Part shown: piece by piece, positions 12,470 through 24,595 of the stretch
How positions within the stretch are numbered: the stretch's first letter is position 1
Layout: each line of letters opens with the position of its first letter
Assembly: GCF_006345805.1 (NCBI RefSeq)
Contig: NW_021835119.1
Span: 1-51,265 of the forward strand
Reading direction: 5' to 3'
Source: Octopus sinensis
Taxonomy: Eukaryota
DNA: 51,265 nucleotides
Notes under the pieces: model-generated
Seen by the model: only the letters and a program-made list of their open reading frames with translations
The model's database searches: none
Told to the model about the DNA's origin: nothing
Position numbers and translations under genes: made by a program

Positions 12470-14300
12470 TTATTTCCCAATAAATGTGACCTGCAGCTTC
12501 ACTGCTTCTCACCCACCAATAATCTGCCATCATGTTTTATTCCCGAAACCTTGGTATCAAGTTTCCATATAGTTAATAACTTGATGAACACTCCTTTTTT
12601 TTTTTTATCACGAAGGCCACAAAAGTTTTCAGAAAAGAAACCTAGATGTGAACGTTAGAAATGCAATTTAAGAGACACATGACAACCTATATCTTCTGAA
12701 TTACTCAATCAGTTTTTTTATGCCATCTACAAAGAAGGAGTTTATACTTTTTTAAGAATCCAGCACATCCATTTGAAGTTATTCCAAGCTTTTAGTTTAG
12801 ATACTGTGAGTATTGCTTCAAGAGGTTTATCTTTTAACACCACTCAGATTTGAAAGCCTATAAAATAATCTTCTTCAATTTTGGCTGCACATAATTTTGG
12901 TAATGTAGCTAAAAAGGAAAATGAAACCCTCTTGAATTCAGCCTTAACAAATATCTTCCTTAAACTAAGTTTGATGTGCCGAGAATGGTAAAAATATTTT
13001 CTTGAAACCAATAAAAGGAACTGATTGAATGGTATTACTTACAGGAATCTATGAAGACCTAGCTGACAGTTCTCTTTTATTATTTTGGCTACACATAATT
13101 TTGGTAATGTACCTAAAAAAGAAAATGAAACCCTCTTGAATTCGGCCTTAAACAATATCTTCTTTAAACTAAGTTTGATGTGCCGAGAATGGTAAAAATA
13201 TTTTCATGAAACCAATAAAACGAACTGATTGAATGGTATTACTTACAGGAATCTATGAAGACCTCGCTGACAGTTCTCTTTTATTGTGATGCTCTGTAAT
13301 AACGTGACTGTCCTGCAAACATAGAAAGCTACTGCGTAGTGAATTCCCTACGCATGCCCATTAGGATAACAATTACTTTAAGATTTCCCCCAAAAGGTTC
13401 CATTGCTAATCGTTGTATCGAATTGCGTTAAAAAGAATACCCACACTAAAGTAAGATTTTGTTAAATACATCGAAAGAGCATTGGGAATAAACGACTTTA
13501 AATTTCCATTATGCAGTAAAATGCCTTTCAAACTTCGTAATAATGAATCTATAACCAGTTGTCATTCACTACCAGCATACCTTTCAGGAAAACTTGTAAA
13601 AACCCATTAATGTCATGACAATAAGAGCGAATGGTGGGCGACATCTATTTTACAATATAGTGCTAAATCAAACTTTCGCTTCATAGAGTCACTCACTGTT
13701 ATATTTTCATCAAGTGACTTTCTTTGAAAGGAGAGGCACGAAAACTCGGTCCTATCTTTTGATATTTCTAAATCGCTCACAAGATCGATCAAACTCTCTT
13801 GTTTGAAAACAATTGTTCTTCTGGTTCGTATCCGGAACTTAATGGAAATCCAGAAGCGTCATCTGCAATAACATTTTCATAAATATCTACTTCATCTTCA
13901 ATAGAATTCATCCCAGCTTGTGGTGGTGGAGTAGCAATAGTTAGTGTTTCGTCGCAGGGATCAGTATTAAACGTAGAAAATAAGTTAGAAAAAATTATTC
14001 TGCGTGTGTGTTGTTTTAGAGAACCCTTTAATACTAACATTACGAAAATAACACCCTCTTAGGTGGTCTTTCTCCAAATCATTGGCACTTGAAAAGGCTT
14101 TGAGGGGTTCTTCTCCTTCAACTCGTCGCAAAAACCACTTTAAAATGCTACACAAATTTGTTGAAGTACCTATGGTATGTCTTGGTACCCCAACTGACGG
14201 TTGGGATGTAGTTTTCTTTTTAAGATCTGTTGTAAAATGACATTGTTGAATATTCTTGTGGCGCTGTCACAAACATAGCCAAAATTGTCTTGGTGGTTTT
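12470..14300 (-). mobile_element. Chapaev3-like (CMC superfamily) DNA transposon, near full-length inactivated transposase
   Basis: Ordered minus-strand motifs across frameshifts: DNFGYVC; QLGYQD; PFQVPMIWR; LIDLVSDLEISKD; LVIDS..SLKGILLHNGN; QWNLLG..LKVIVILMGM; SFLCLQDS (C2C); HIKLSL; KAWNNFK; IGCHVSLKLHF*RSHLGFFSEN; VHQVINYMETxYQG. Confidence 0.85.
12878..13285. repeat. 204-bp tandem duplication inside the Chapaev relic
   Basis: Copy 1 at 12878-13081 and copy 2 at 13082-13285; both start attttggct and end cagttctcttttatt, with few substitutions. Confidence 0.95.
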
Positions 14301-16254
14301 CTTTGAAAAATTGAAATATTAGCTTGGATAAGATATAATCTGGAAATAAAAAAATATGTTAGTAAAAACAATATAGTGGAAGAATCATCATATCTATGCA
14401 TTGATTAGTAAATTTAAAGAGAACATTTGAATTTTAAATTATAAAGCAGGTAGCGAACCAATTGAGAAAAAAGCAGAATAGACAATTGGTCATATCTAAA
14501 AAATATATATATTTGCTGGAGAAAAGCCAAGGATAGTTTCAAAATCATAGCAGAAAATATTTTAAATACGCCTCAAATTATCTCTGATAAAAATTGATTG
14601 TTGACCTGTAGTATTGGATAAACAATCAATCATAGTTTATCGATGGTTTATTGTCAGATTATTGTAATAATAGAATATTAAAATTATTAATGCTAACTGA
14701 GCAGTTTAGAAAGTAATAATATACTATTAAAATAGATTAAACTTTGGAAATCAGATTAACTACTGGTGGTCTGCGTCGGAAAAGCCATTATGAAGTTCTG
14801 AATATTAATAAAGTTTATTCTTTGTGAAGAATCCTCCGCTTTGGTCCGTTTTTTTTTTTTTTGTTTTTTTGAGAGAGACGAAATGTGGGAATATTCACTG
14901 ACGCTCTGTGATTGATTTGGTGGTTAAAGACGAGTTCGAACGAGAGGGATGGTATGAAAAGTTGGACACCTACACAGCGAGGTGAAAAAGGGAGTTAAGA
15001 ATTGAACGAGGCAGATGGGTATAAAACCTCAAAGAAAGACTCACATGAAAATACAGTTATAATGAGAGTGATTTGGAACTTTTCTTAACCCGTTGATATG
15101 AAGGCTGAACCGTGCGGACTTTTAGCGCAAAGTTCGCACGTGGGGGAGGGGAACTCTGGAGTCGCGATAGAGCGAATTATCACCTGTTTAGTAATCCAAA
15201 TATAAAGATTGTTACGGTTAATATTTCTAATACTACATTTTGAGTGAGATTTGAAGATTTGAAAGCCAAGGAATGCAATAAATAAAAATATAGTTTTTCC
15301 CCCTTTTTTTTTTCACGATTATCGATTAAAAGATTTTCTTTTAATAAGATGAGGTTAGTGGTACAAAGACAAAAACAGTGATGTGAAGGGACGGAAAGAC
15401 ATCTCGACTATTTCCGTTAAAACCTGGAGATCAAAGTGAGACAGTTCAAAAGTTCTGGAAAAGACAGGAAAAAGATCCTTTGAAAGGGGGCGTTTGATTG
15501 AAAAATGAAACAAATCGATAAAATTGTTTTTATTAAACAAATTCTTTGACTTTCAAATCTGTTCACACTTTATCAAAATGTTTCAAATTCATCCACAAAA
15601 TATTATTCGAAATATTCTGACAGCAACCAGCCAGATAATATCACGTCTGCTTATCATTTCGTTACGTTTGAAAGAAGTTGTACGTTTGTTGATCCGCTGT
15701 GTTTGGCAGGATATTTCTGAATACTACTAGTGTGACCATATCTTTTGAACTGTCTACCTCAGCTTTCAGGATTTCACAAGAACAGTCGAGTTATCTTTGC
15801 TGTCGATGTATCACCAACCTCTTGTCTTTGAAAGGAATCGTTTTAAGAAAATTCAGAAAAAGCAGTGTAAAGCACGATGTTTGATTTTTAAATCTCTTCA
15901 GATTAATATTAATATTCAGGCAAGAAATTTTGCAATTGCTTTGCTGGTATATTCGTTACGGTATGTGTAACCTATAAATATCCCGGAATATAATATCCTA
16001 TAATAAATATTCCGGAAACAGCTGTAAGACCTTCTATTTATGAATGTTCTAAAATCTTCACAGTCTTGGGTTTTTTGTCTCATTCTGAAAAGAATTTTCT
16101 TGTATATACACACGCTGATATATGATCTACGTTGGACTCCTTATACGCATAATCACCGAACCTGGAGCTTAACTATGGTCTGTCCATAGCACTTACTCAG
16201 CGTTACCTGACACCTTTGGGTCTTATTGACACCATTACCTCTCATAACCTCTCT

Positions 16255-16448
16255 ATATGTGTGTGTATGCATATGCATGCATGTATATATATGTATATGT
16301 ATCTATGTATATGTATCTATGTATATGTATCTATGTATATATATATGTATGTATGTACATATATGTATATGTCTGTATGTATATAAGTGTTATGTATGTA
16401 TTTTTATGTATGTGTGTGTTTGTATATATATGTGTGTATATACATATA
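16255..16448. repeat. (TATG/TA/TG)n low-complexity tract
   Basis: Direct observation. Confidence 0.9.
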
Positions 16449-17204
16449 TAATTTTAAGTAGCATTCTCTTGTACAGAGTTGCGTGAAATCATTAATATGT
16501 ATGCAAATGAATTAGCTGGTGCAAATTGCGTGGTATACTCGAGCACAATTTGCTGTGTGTTAAAACGTCGCTATTATCTTATCAATACTTTATCATTAAA
16601 ACATATGTCTTGGCAAATGTATTTATTTCATTGTTCAATCTTAAACTCAATTAACGTGTCCACTATTAATTATATTCAACTATTGAACCACGCAATTTTC
16701 CTTTTCCTTTCAAATCCATCAATTTATTAAGTTTTATTTATCTATTTTAGTTAACTGTATCATAACTTATTCTTTAACTTGTTCAAATTCAACAATTTAC
16801 AACTTTAAATATTTAACAACTCTTCCAGTCTAAATAAATCAATATTTTAACTGTTTTTCTCTATTTTATTTTAATAGACTTCAACATTAAACGATAATAA
16901 TTTATATTTTCGATTATGCCAACGCATTCACTTTCATGCCCTATCTCTAAGTGTGACATCATGTTTTCTTAATAACGTATTTGATGAGATATTACCCGCG
17001 TTCATACAACTTATAATGAATTGTCCTCTCCGACAACGTATAATTTACATAAATTCATACTATTACTTTCTGCAAAACACAATGGTGTTTAAAGATACGT
17101 AGGTGGTATATTCAAATTTCTGTAGATAGAAGAGGAGGGGATTTTGTGCAAAGGTCAAGAAACAAATTTATATTAAATGTATCTAATATCAGACTGCTTT
17201 TAAA

Positions 17205-17484
17205 ATATATGTACGCACGTATGTATGTATGTATGTATGAATGTACGCACGTATGTATGTATGTATGTATGAATGTACGCACGTATGTATGTATGTATGT
17301 ATGCATGTATGTATGAATGTACGTACGTATGTATGTATATACGCTGTATTATGCATATATATATATATATATACATTTCTATATATATAAATCTTTTGGT
17401 AGTCTTATTCCATATACATACTCGAACACGCATCCGTGAGTATATATATATATATAATATATATATATATATAATATATATATA

Positions 17485-17517
<33 letters not shown>

Positions 17518-17518
17518 A
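17205..17518. repeat. (GTAT)n-based short tandem units and (TA)n tract
   Basis: Direct observation of repeated atgtacgcacgtatgtatgtatgtatg units followed by (TA)n. Confidence 0.9.
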
Positions 17519-17919
17519 ATTGAGGATATAATCATTAAAATTATTATATTAGTGGCTAGTGTATAAAAAAAAAACGACCACATCAGTAAAAGTAATTTTT
17601 AAATACATAATTATAAAAATATAATCATAATTAAGGCCGCTGGGAAATCGGCACCTATATACTAGAAGCAGATGCCAAATACCTACAATCCACTCTAAAC
17701 TTGTTCTCTATTTATAACCCAAGGCTGAATGCGAGATAATGAGCAAGAAGATTTACAAATATTAGATACTGCAGTTCTGGGTCTCCCATAAAAATGGGAT
17801 GGTCACGGCTGGAATACTTTTGATCATATTTCTGCTTAATCAGGTTCGAACTGAGATTAAAGAAGGACAACAACAACAGCAGCAGCAGCAGCAAGGGCAA
17901 CAACAACAACAGCAGCAGC

Positions 17920-18120
17920 GAAGGCGCAATGGCCCAGTGGTTAGGGCAGCGGAATCGCGGTCGTAAGAATGTGGTTTCGATTCCCAAACCGGGCATTGTG
18001 AGTATTTATTGAGCAAAAACACCTAATCTCCATGAGGGTCTTTTGATGGGGTGGGGTGAACCCCGCTGTACTCTTTCACCACAACTTTCTCTCACTCTTT
18101 CTTCCTACTTCTGCCACAAA
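17920..18120 (+). mobile_element. tRNA-derived SINE, family C
   Basis: aggcgcaatggcccagtggttagggcagcgg...gtttcgattcccaaaccggg; homologous to 12234-12438. Confidence 0.85.
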
Positions 18121-18376
18121 GCAGAGGAACCATGCTATAACCCATTATGGTGTGGTAAACTTTCAGACCCTAGTCTAGATTGCGAATCCTCTGTACCCCA
18201 GGATGGTTCAGCTCTCCACCCGTTAAAAAGCAACCGTTTACGGAATGAGGATAACAACCGCCAGTCTATCGCGTGTGGTGGATGGATCTTCAAGTTGCCA
18301 CACGCATTCTTAGGAGCTTAGAGTAGGCTCGAATTAGAGATTATTCTTTGTGGCTAATGGCGTGAGTCTTGACTGG

Positions 18377-18469
18377 AACAAGAAGAAGAAGAAGAAGAAG
18401 AAGAAGAAGAAGAAGAAGAAGAAGAAGAGAAGAAGAAGAAGAAGAAGAACATCAACAACAACAACAACT

Positions 18470-18501
<32 letters not shown>

Positions 18502-18503
18502 TG
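18377..18503. repeat. Compound (GAA)n/(CAA)n/(CAG)n microsatellite
   Basis: Direct observation. Confidence 0.93.
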
Positions 18504-18873
18504 CAAGGAACAAGTAAGAGAGCCGTTAAGTTTTAATTCCAGCTTGGTCACAACGTTTGAGCCCAGTCTATCAAGCTGTAAACAGAGACCACACACAGGT
18601 TTTTTGCTGTTGATGATGCTGTTGTAGCTGCAGTTGTTTAAAACAAACCTATGGCTTAAGGCACTTCGCTTATAATTTTATTCTTCGGCACAGTATACCT
18701 AAGACTACATTTTCTAGCGTGTTCGTCCTTCCCATTTTTAGAGATGATTTCTACTAAGTCGAACAATTACCCACAGAATGCAGAGTGCCGCTTACAGGCC
18801 AAACTGGTGACGGTAGTGATGATGGTGATGATGATGATGTGGTGGTGGTGGTGGTGGTGGTGGTGGTGGTGGC

Positions 18874-19103
18874 GGCGAGCTGGCAGAAGCGTTAGCACGC
18901 CGGGCGAAATGCGTAGCCGTATTTCGTCTGCCGTTACGTTCTGAGTTCAAATTCCGCCGAGGTCGACTTTGCCTTTCATCTTTTCGGGGTCGATAAATTA
19001 AGTACCAGTTACGCACTGAGGTCGATGTAATCGACTTGATCCGTTTGTCTGTCCTTGTTTGTCCCCTCTGTGTTTAGCCCCTTGTGGGTAGTAAAGAAAT
19101 AGG
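18874..19103 (+). mobile_element. SINE family A (full length), inserted at the end of a (GAT)n/(GGT)n run
   Basis: Complete head-to-tail unit ending gtaaagaaatagg. Confidence 0.92.
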
Positions 19104-19647
19104 TGGTGTCATATTTCCCTCGGCATAGGCTGGTAGCCATATTATACTGCTACGCACAGCGGGTACAATATATAATTGATCAGTGTTTCTTTCATTTGTA
19201 AAGTAAATTTCTAATTCTCATATAAATCTACAAAATAACAGAATCACACGGGTTGCAGCCACAGATAGTAATTAAATTGGTCGAAACCAAACTTTTACCA
19301 TTACCATTCCGCTGTGTACCCGATAGGACTTCATCTAATGCCGTAAGAATTTACCAATAATTCTTGGTGTCTGTAATTCTTGTATTGAATCTATTACGAC
19401 GAACGGATTCTATTTTATTCATGATTATTTCTGTCTTTGGTCGATCTGTTATCACAGACAATCATATTCCTGCCAGAGGTCATCTTTGAAAATGGAATAT
19501 CAACAAATGGAATAAGAATTTAACGAACAAAAGATAAAATAATGAATGCTTAGTCCACTTCCGGTAGCTTGCAAAAACTGGAGTGTTTTACCAACGTACT
19601 CTCAGACAAAGAAATTCTTTGATTCAACGAAAAGTTGAATAGCAATT

Positions 19648-19678
<31 letters not shown>

Positions 19679-20492
19679 TTCGGTGGAGCAGTTTTCTATA
19701 AACCTGTGTGTCTGCTTCTTCCTGAGTGCGTTCGATACATTCTGTTGCTTTCTTTTAAAAGATGTTCTCTGATGTTTAAAATACAATTTCACTGGAATCG
19801 GTAGACCAATATTGCCTCTACTTGTATTAATCTGAAAACGGCACGAACATCATTTAACAGAGGACGCTTCGCACAAATTTGCTCTTGTAGCAAACAGCTG
19901 TAATGGTAAATTTAAGAACCAAGTGCTAAAGGAGAAACTTCACAGATTGAGGAAGATTGATTTTTCTTTGTTAGTTTTTCTCGTTTCTTATGACAAAGAA
20001 GGAAGTTATAATACAAAAAAGAGAGAAAGAAGAAATTGAACTCCACCTGCCATTTGGCACAAAACTCTTTTAGCTTTCGTTAATTTTTCTTTTTTTATTT
20101 CTTTTTGTCATTTTGTGTTAATCCCTAAACCGGAAGACGTCAGCAAGCCTCCTCGACACCTCCACATTCGAATGCTTTCTTTTCTATGCCTTGTTTTTAG
20201 AAATATCCTCTAAGTTCTCTAATGTTAAAAACCAACTAAAAGAATCCACAATTCAGTCGACAATTTATTCAAAAATTGACGATGATCGATCAAAATTCCA
20301 CCACCCACGACATTTTAAAATATTTTTTAGAAGAAATTTTGAATTTTCTCATCAGAAAATAGAGACCATCTACCAACAAATGACCAAAAACAAAGACACA
20401 AGCATGTAGACGTGATTAAGAAAGTTGGCTTCACAAATATTTGGTTCCGAGTTCGACTTTGCAACGTGGGTTTATTAAATAAGTACCTTATA

Positions 20493-20893
20493 GGCGCAGG
20501 AGTGGCTGTGTGGTAAGTAGCTTGTCTACCAACCGCATGGTTCCGGGTTCAGTCCCACTGCGTGGCACCTTGGGTAAGTGTCTTCTACTATAGTCTCGGG
20601 CCGACCAAAGCCTTGTGAGTGGATTTGGTAGACGGAAACTGAAAGAAGCCTGTCGTATATATGTATATATATATGTGTATGCGTGTGTGTATTTGTGTGT
20701 CTGTGTTTGTCCCCTAGCATTGCTTGACAACCGATGCTGGTGTGTTTATGTCCCCGTCACTTAGCGGTTCGGCAAGATAGAATAAGTACTGGGCTTACAA
20801 AAGAATAAGTTCCGGGGTCGAGTTGCTCGATTAAAGGCGGTGCTCCAGCATGGCCGCAGTCAAATGACTGAAACAAGTAAAAGAGTAAAAGAG
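20493..20893 (+). mobile_element. tRNA-derived SINE, family D (full length, CORE-like body, internal TA/TG microsatellite, LINE-like tail)
   Basis: A-box gtggctgtgtggtaag, B-box gggttcagtccc, ccttgggtaagtgtctt body, tail ggcggtgctccagcatggccgcagtcaaatgactgaaacaag(taaaagag)n. Confidence 0.9.
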
Positions 20894-20959
20894 TATAGCA
20901 AAGAAACTGGTTAAGTAACCCCTTTCCTTTTCCGTTAAATTTTGTTTGAAATGGTGGAT

Positions 20960-21135
20960 TCCTACTCTTATTTTCGATTGACTATAGTTGTTGATTTTTT
21001 TCGTACTAGGTATTCTTCTGGAGGATGGTTAGGGTAGTGTTTATTTATTGTTCTGAATCCATGATGACTACAGAATTCCCTTTATCAGCTTCTTGTGATA
21101 TCCGGTTTGAGATTCAGGTGCATTTTCAACCCCCC
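20960..21135 (-). mobile_element. Penelope-like element, fragment at the N-terminal side of the RT domain
   Basis: Translates ISQEADKGNSVVIMDSEQ*INTTLTILQKNT*YE, matching the ADKG..VVIMD motif of PLE reverse transcriptases. Confidence 0.7.
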
Positions 21136-21159
21136 AAACAAATTCTATATTTTTTCTTG

Positions 21160-21653
21160 CGTGGGAATACACTTCTTTCTATATATGTGTCGACGAATGA
21201 TTGAATGGCCAAATCCAAGCTTCTCTACTAATTCCTCAACAGTTACAATGGGATTTTGTTCCATCAGGGTTTGCAGGATGTCCTCGTCGAGCTCTACAGA
21301 TCTTCCAGGACTAGGCTCGTCTTCTAGGCTGTGGTTTCCGACTCGGAATTTCTGGAACCGCCGTTGACACTGGCATACGCTTATTTTCCGATCCCCATAT
21401 ACTGCATTAATATTCCTTGCATTTTCCGTTGTGTTGTTGCAATATATGCCGAATATGCGCCTTTGTCACTTCCATTATAGCTTTGAAAAAATAACTGTTA
21501 AAATCGAACTGCACTCTTGAAAACTTGCACTAAGAATAAGTTAAAATTACTACCTGCTTTTATAGCAAGTTGATGCAGGTAGTTTATCCCATTCTCTTCC
21601 GACTTCTAGTTCATGCAATTGAAAAAAACCGCATTATTTATGGGATGACCCAA
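21160..21653 (-). mobile_element. Mariner 5' fragment (one TIR + HTH region)
   Basis: TIR ttgggtcatcccataaataatgcgg flanked by TA (21654-55). Minus translation ARNINAVYGDRKISVCQCQRRFQKFRVGNHSLEDEPSPGRSVELDEDILQTLMEQNPIVTVEELVEKLG. Confidence 0.88.
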
Positions 21654-21779
21654 TATACAAAAACATTTCTAGTGCCACAATGGGGCTGCGTCGCAATGCT
21701 TAAGAATTTTGCTTTAACTTGTATGGTGTGAAGAAATTCCACATTTTAGAAACGTTCTTATTTCTACTTTATGATTTTT

Positions 21780-22070
21780 TCCTCTTAACCCCTGCCGGCT
21801 GTGGCCGTGCTGGAGTTTCTACGTTTTATATGTTGATTTATTTTGATTTATATGTTCTCTTGAAATTGATTGGCAATTCATTTATCGACGCTGAAGGATT
21901 TAAAAGATAAATAGGTCTCGGCAGAATTTTATTTCAGGATGCAGGAAGCTGGAATAAAATATTGAAAGGCTGTCCGTTCGATGCTCTAATGATTCTCCCA
22001 CGTCTCTTAGTCTTCTCTGCCACCTGTGATAATCTTGTAATTTTGTCCCTTGTACCTGTTGTATTCTTGT
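21780..22070 (-). mobile_element. Probable CR1/L2-type LINE 3' fragment
   Basis: Ends (minus strand) in ctccagcacggccacag, the tail motif shared with the LINE end at 28743 and with SINE D. Upstream coding similarity is weak. Confidence 0.4.
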
Positions 22071-22609
22071 TTTAGGTCCGTAACTGAAAGGTAGAGGAGG
22101 AGGAGGAATGAGAGGGAGGAGAGATAATAGAGAGAAAACGGAGTCAGAAATATGTCAGTGACTACTGAGATTAATTAAAAGCTAATAATCACAGGTTTCA
22201 ATTAAGGAGGTGTATAATTAAGCAATGTCATATGTTGCTAATTAACCACATCAGTTGGGAATTATCAGTTTAATTAAGGACGGAACGAAGAAAAAGACAT
22301 CGTAGAGTATATATATATATAAAAGAAAACAAAGAAAATACGTATATATAAAAAAAGGTAAACCTAAATTAAAATAAAAAGAAATTAAAAGAAAGAAGAA
22401 CAATCTAGTTTCAAGTTGTTGAGTTGTTTTCTGAAAGTCAGGAAGATCAAATTTTGTTGTTGACATCTTTATTGATTTTTCCAACATAAGAAGAATTCTA
22501 AGAATTTAATTGTTCTAAATCTAATCTATAATTTTCAAATGGATGTCGAAAGTAATAGATTATTTCTTTTATGGCATTTCATGTCATTAATTTATCATTG
22601 AGTAAAACA

Positions 22610-22750
22610 GTCGCCATTGACTGAGTGGTAATAATGCCGGGCTACTTGTCGAAAGTTCGAGAGTTCGCTCTTTATCGCCGACACTGACCGGAATCTATGT
22701 CCAAAACACTAAATTCTTACTGGCACAGTCCGTTCGGCTGTAAATAGGTT
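22610..22750 (+). mobile_element. Eroded tRNA-derived SINE head
   Basis: A-box-like tgactgagtggtaa and B-box-like gagttcgctc at tRNA-like spacing. Confidence 0.45.
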
Positions 22751-22898
22751 TTTATCATCTTCTCTCACATTTCCATTTCTTTTTCTCAGTTATGAATAAA
22801 TGCTTTACTTTGTTTTTTTCTTCGTATATACGAAGACATTATTCAATACCACCGCATCATTCTGGCATGAAGGAATAGTTTCATTCGGATTTATACTC

Positions 22899-22928
<30 letters not shown>

Positions 22929-22941
<13 letters not shown>

Positions 22942-23340
22942 ACTTGAAAAGGAAAGTGAGAGTAGAGAGGCAAGTTTTGTCTAGCGAATGTTTCAAAAAA
23001 AGATGGGTGAATGTAGCAAGGGTGGCACGCATGAATGACGAAGCCACTTTGAACATAATCCCATGAACCCGGAAAATTTTAAAACAGAGAGTGACTTACT
23101 TGCAAATGAATGTGTTAACATGTGACATTATTGACCGAGGTTACCGTGGTCTTTTTAGTAGGCTTTTCTTTCCGCGGATAAACCTTATCTGCTTCCCCCT
23201 TTACACTTTACATCATGACATTTCTGTAATACACGATCCCTATTGATCGTTTTTTCTCTCTCTCTCTCTTTCAAAAAGAAAAGCTCTAGTTTGTAATTTT
23301 TCCCCTCTGTATTCAACCTTGTCTGGTTAATAACCAGTCC
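22929..23340 (+). mobile_element. Tx1/L1-type LINE 3' end (ORF2 C-terminus + 3' UTR)
   Basis: YHLKRKVRVERQVLSSECFKKRWVNVARVARMNDEATLNII* is homologous to the C-terminus of the zinc-knuckle-bearing element at 47283-48425 (LKKNMRVEREVLCSSEFIERRVDVAKMARVDDNTLSVNL*). Confidence 0.65.
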
Positions 23341-23499
23341 ATCAGATGTAGTTACACATCGCTGGTCACAATGCATTCGCATTGTTTTAGCCTTCGAATG
23401 ACGCCACCCCGCTGGCTAAGCGAGCAGGCCAATATATATATATATATATATATCTGTTTGCATGTCTCTCTGTCTGTCTGTGTGAGAGTGTGTGTGTTT

Positions 23500-23665
23500 T
23501 AAAATATAGTTGCTAGACAAGGTAGAGAAAATAGTTCTCGAATATCAAAGCTAATGTGAAATACTATTATTTTATAGAAGCTTCCTGTAGCTGTTCACCT
23601 GATGAACGGTTACATAAAACTCTGAACAACAGAGTTTGTGAAGTGAAATCTTTTCAACGTCAATA
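23500..23665 (+). mobile_element. Probable Penelope-like terminal repeat with a decayed hammerhead motif
   Basis: ttcac-CTGATGA(23599-605)...GAAC...gagttt-gtgaa: the stem I arms still pair, but the GAAA core is mutated. Confidence 0.4.
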
Positions 23666-23717
23666 ATGTAGTACATACACTCATACACACGTGTGTGTGT
23701 GTGTGTGGTGTGTGTGT

Positions 23718-23785
<68 letters not shown>

Positions 23786-24254
23786 GATTTCTGCGAAGTG
23801 TTTGGTCGGAGTGAGGCTATTAGTAGAACTTCACTGTCTGAAATATGTAGATTACTTTGGATTCTAATTGAATTTGGATGACAAAGAAATGTCCAACGTC
23901 TTCAGGTATGGAAATATAGCGTAAGAAATATATGATGGGAATGAAATATAGAAGGCGAAAGAAAATCTTCTGCATGCTGTGGTGAGAAAAGAAAAATTAT
24001 GGAAAGTGAACTGTGTGACAATACTGAAGCACACAAGCACACACACACACGCACACACAACAATACACACATTTCACACGCATTCATGAACACACACATA
24101 TTCATACTCACCTACATATCAATACACAAATATAACAACACACACATTCACACACATACACACACACACACAAACACACACACAAGCACACACACATACT
24201 GTGTTTAAGTACAGGAGTCAAATTTTCTTCTATATGTGTTATATTGAGAACAGA

Positions 24255-24545
24255 ACATGGCCATTTAGTTAAGAACCTCACTTCGCAACTCTTCAGTTTC
24301 GAGGCACCTTGGGGTAAGTGTCTTCCACTATAACCCAGTGCCAACCAAGTCTTCATGAGAGTATTTGGTACTTATAAACTGTGAGGAAGCCCGTCGAATA
24401 TGTCTGAATGTGTGTTTATGTGTGTATGTGTTCCTTTGTATTTGTCTCGCTACCACTTAACAACAACCAATGTTACTTTCTGTTCGTGTTTGCATTCTAA
24501 CAATCCAACTAACGAGGTCAATAGAATAAGCAATAGAATTTTAAA
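24255..24545 (+). mobile_element. Diverged SINE related to family D
   Basis: gcaccttggggtaagtgtcttccactata and gaagcccgtcg motifs shared with family D; the 3' part differs. Confidence 0.6.
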
Positions 24546-24595
24546 AAGAACACTGGATCCAATTTGTTCGACCAAGCATATGAAAACAATGCCCC

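Noticed and set aside
13789-14040. piggyBac-like N-terminus (acidic, TPPP) suggested by this ORF
   Set aside because: Flanking frames give Chapaev-type motifs in colinear order, and no piggyBac DDD motifs or TTAA ends were found.
15875-15905. Hammerhead-like CTGAAGA with a stem II on the minus strand
   Set aside because: The GAAA box lacks its G and no stem III or stem I can be formed.
18440-18520. Poly-Q exon ending at a gtaag donor
   Set aside because: It is part of a compound GAA/CAA/CAG microsatellite with no acceptor.
19330-20410. Very old Penelope-like RT remnants (VFYKP, IYQQ-like words)
   Set aside because: Similarity is too fragmentary to support by eye; needs a frameshift-aware HMM search.
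22160-22280. Cluster of TAAT/ATTA homeodomain-like sites (similar clusters near 27745, 32100 and 44960)
   Set aside because: Expected by chance in such AT-rich DNA; cannot be supported without conservation data.
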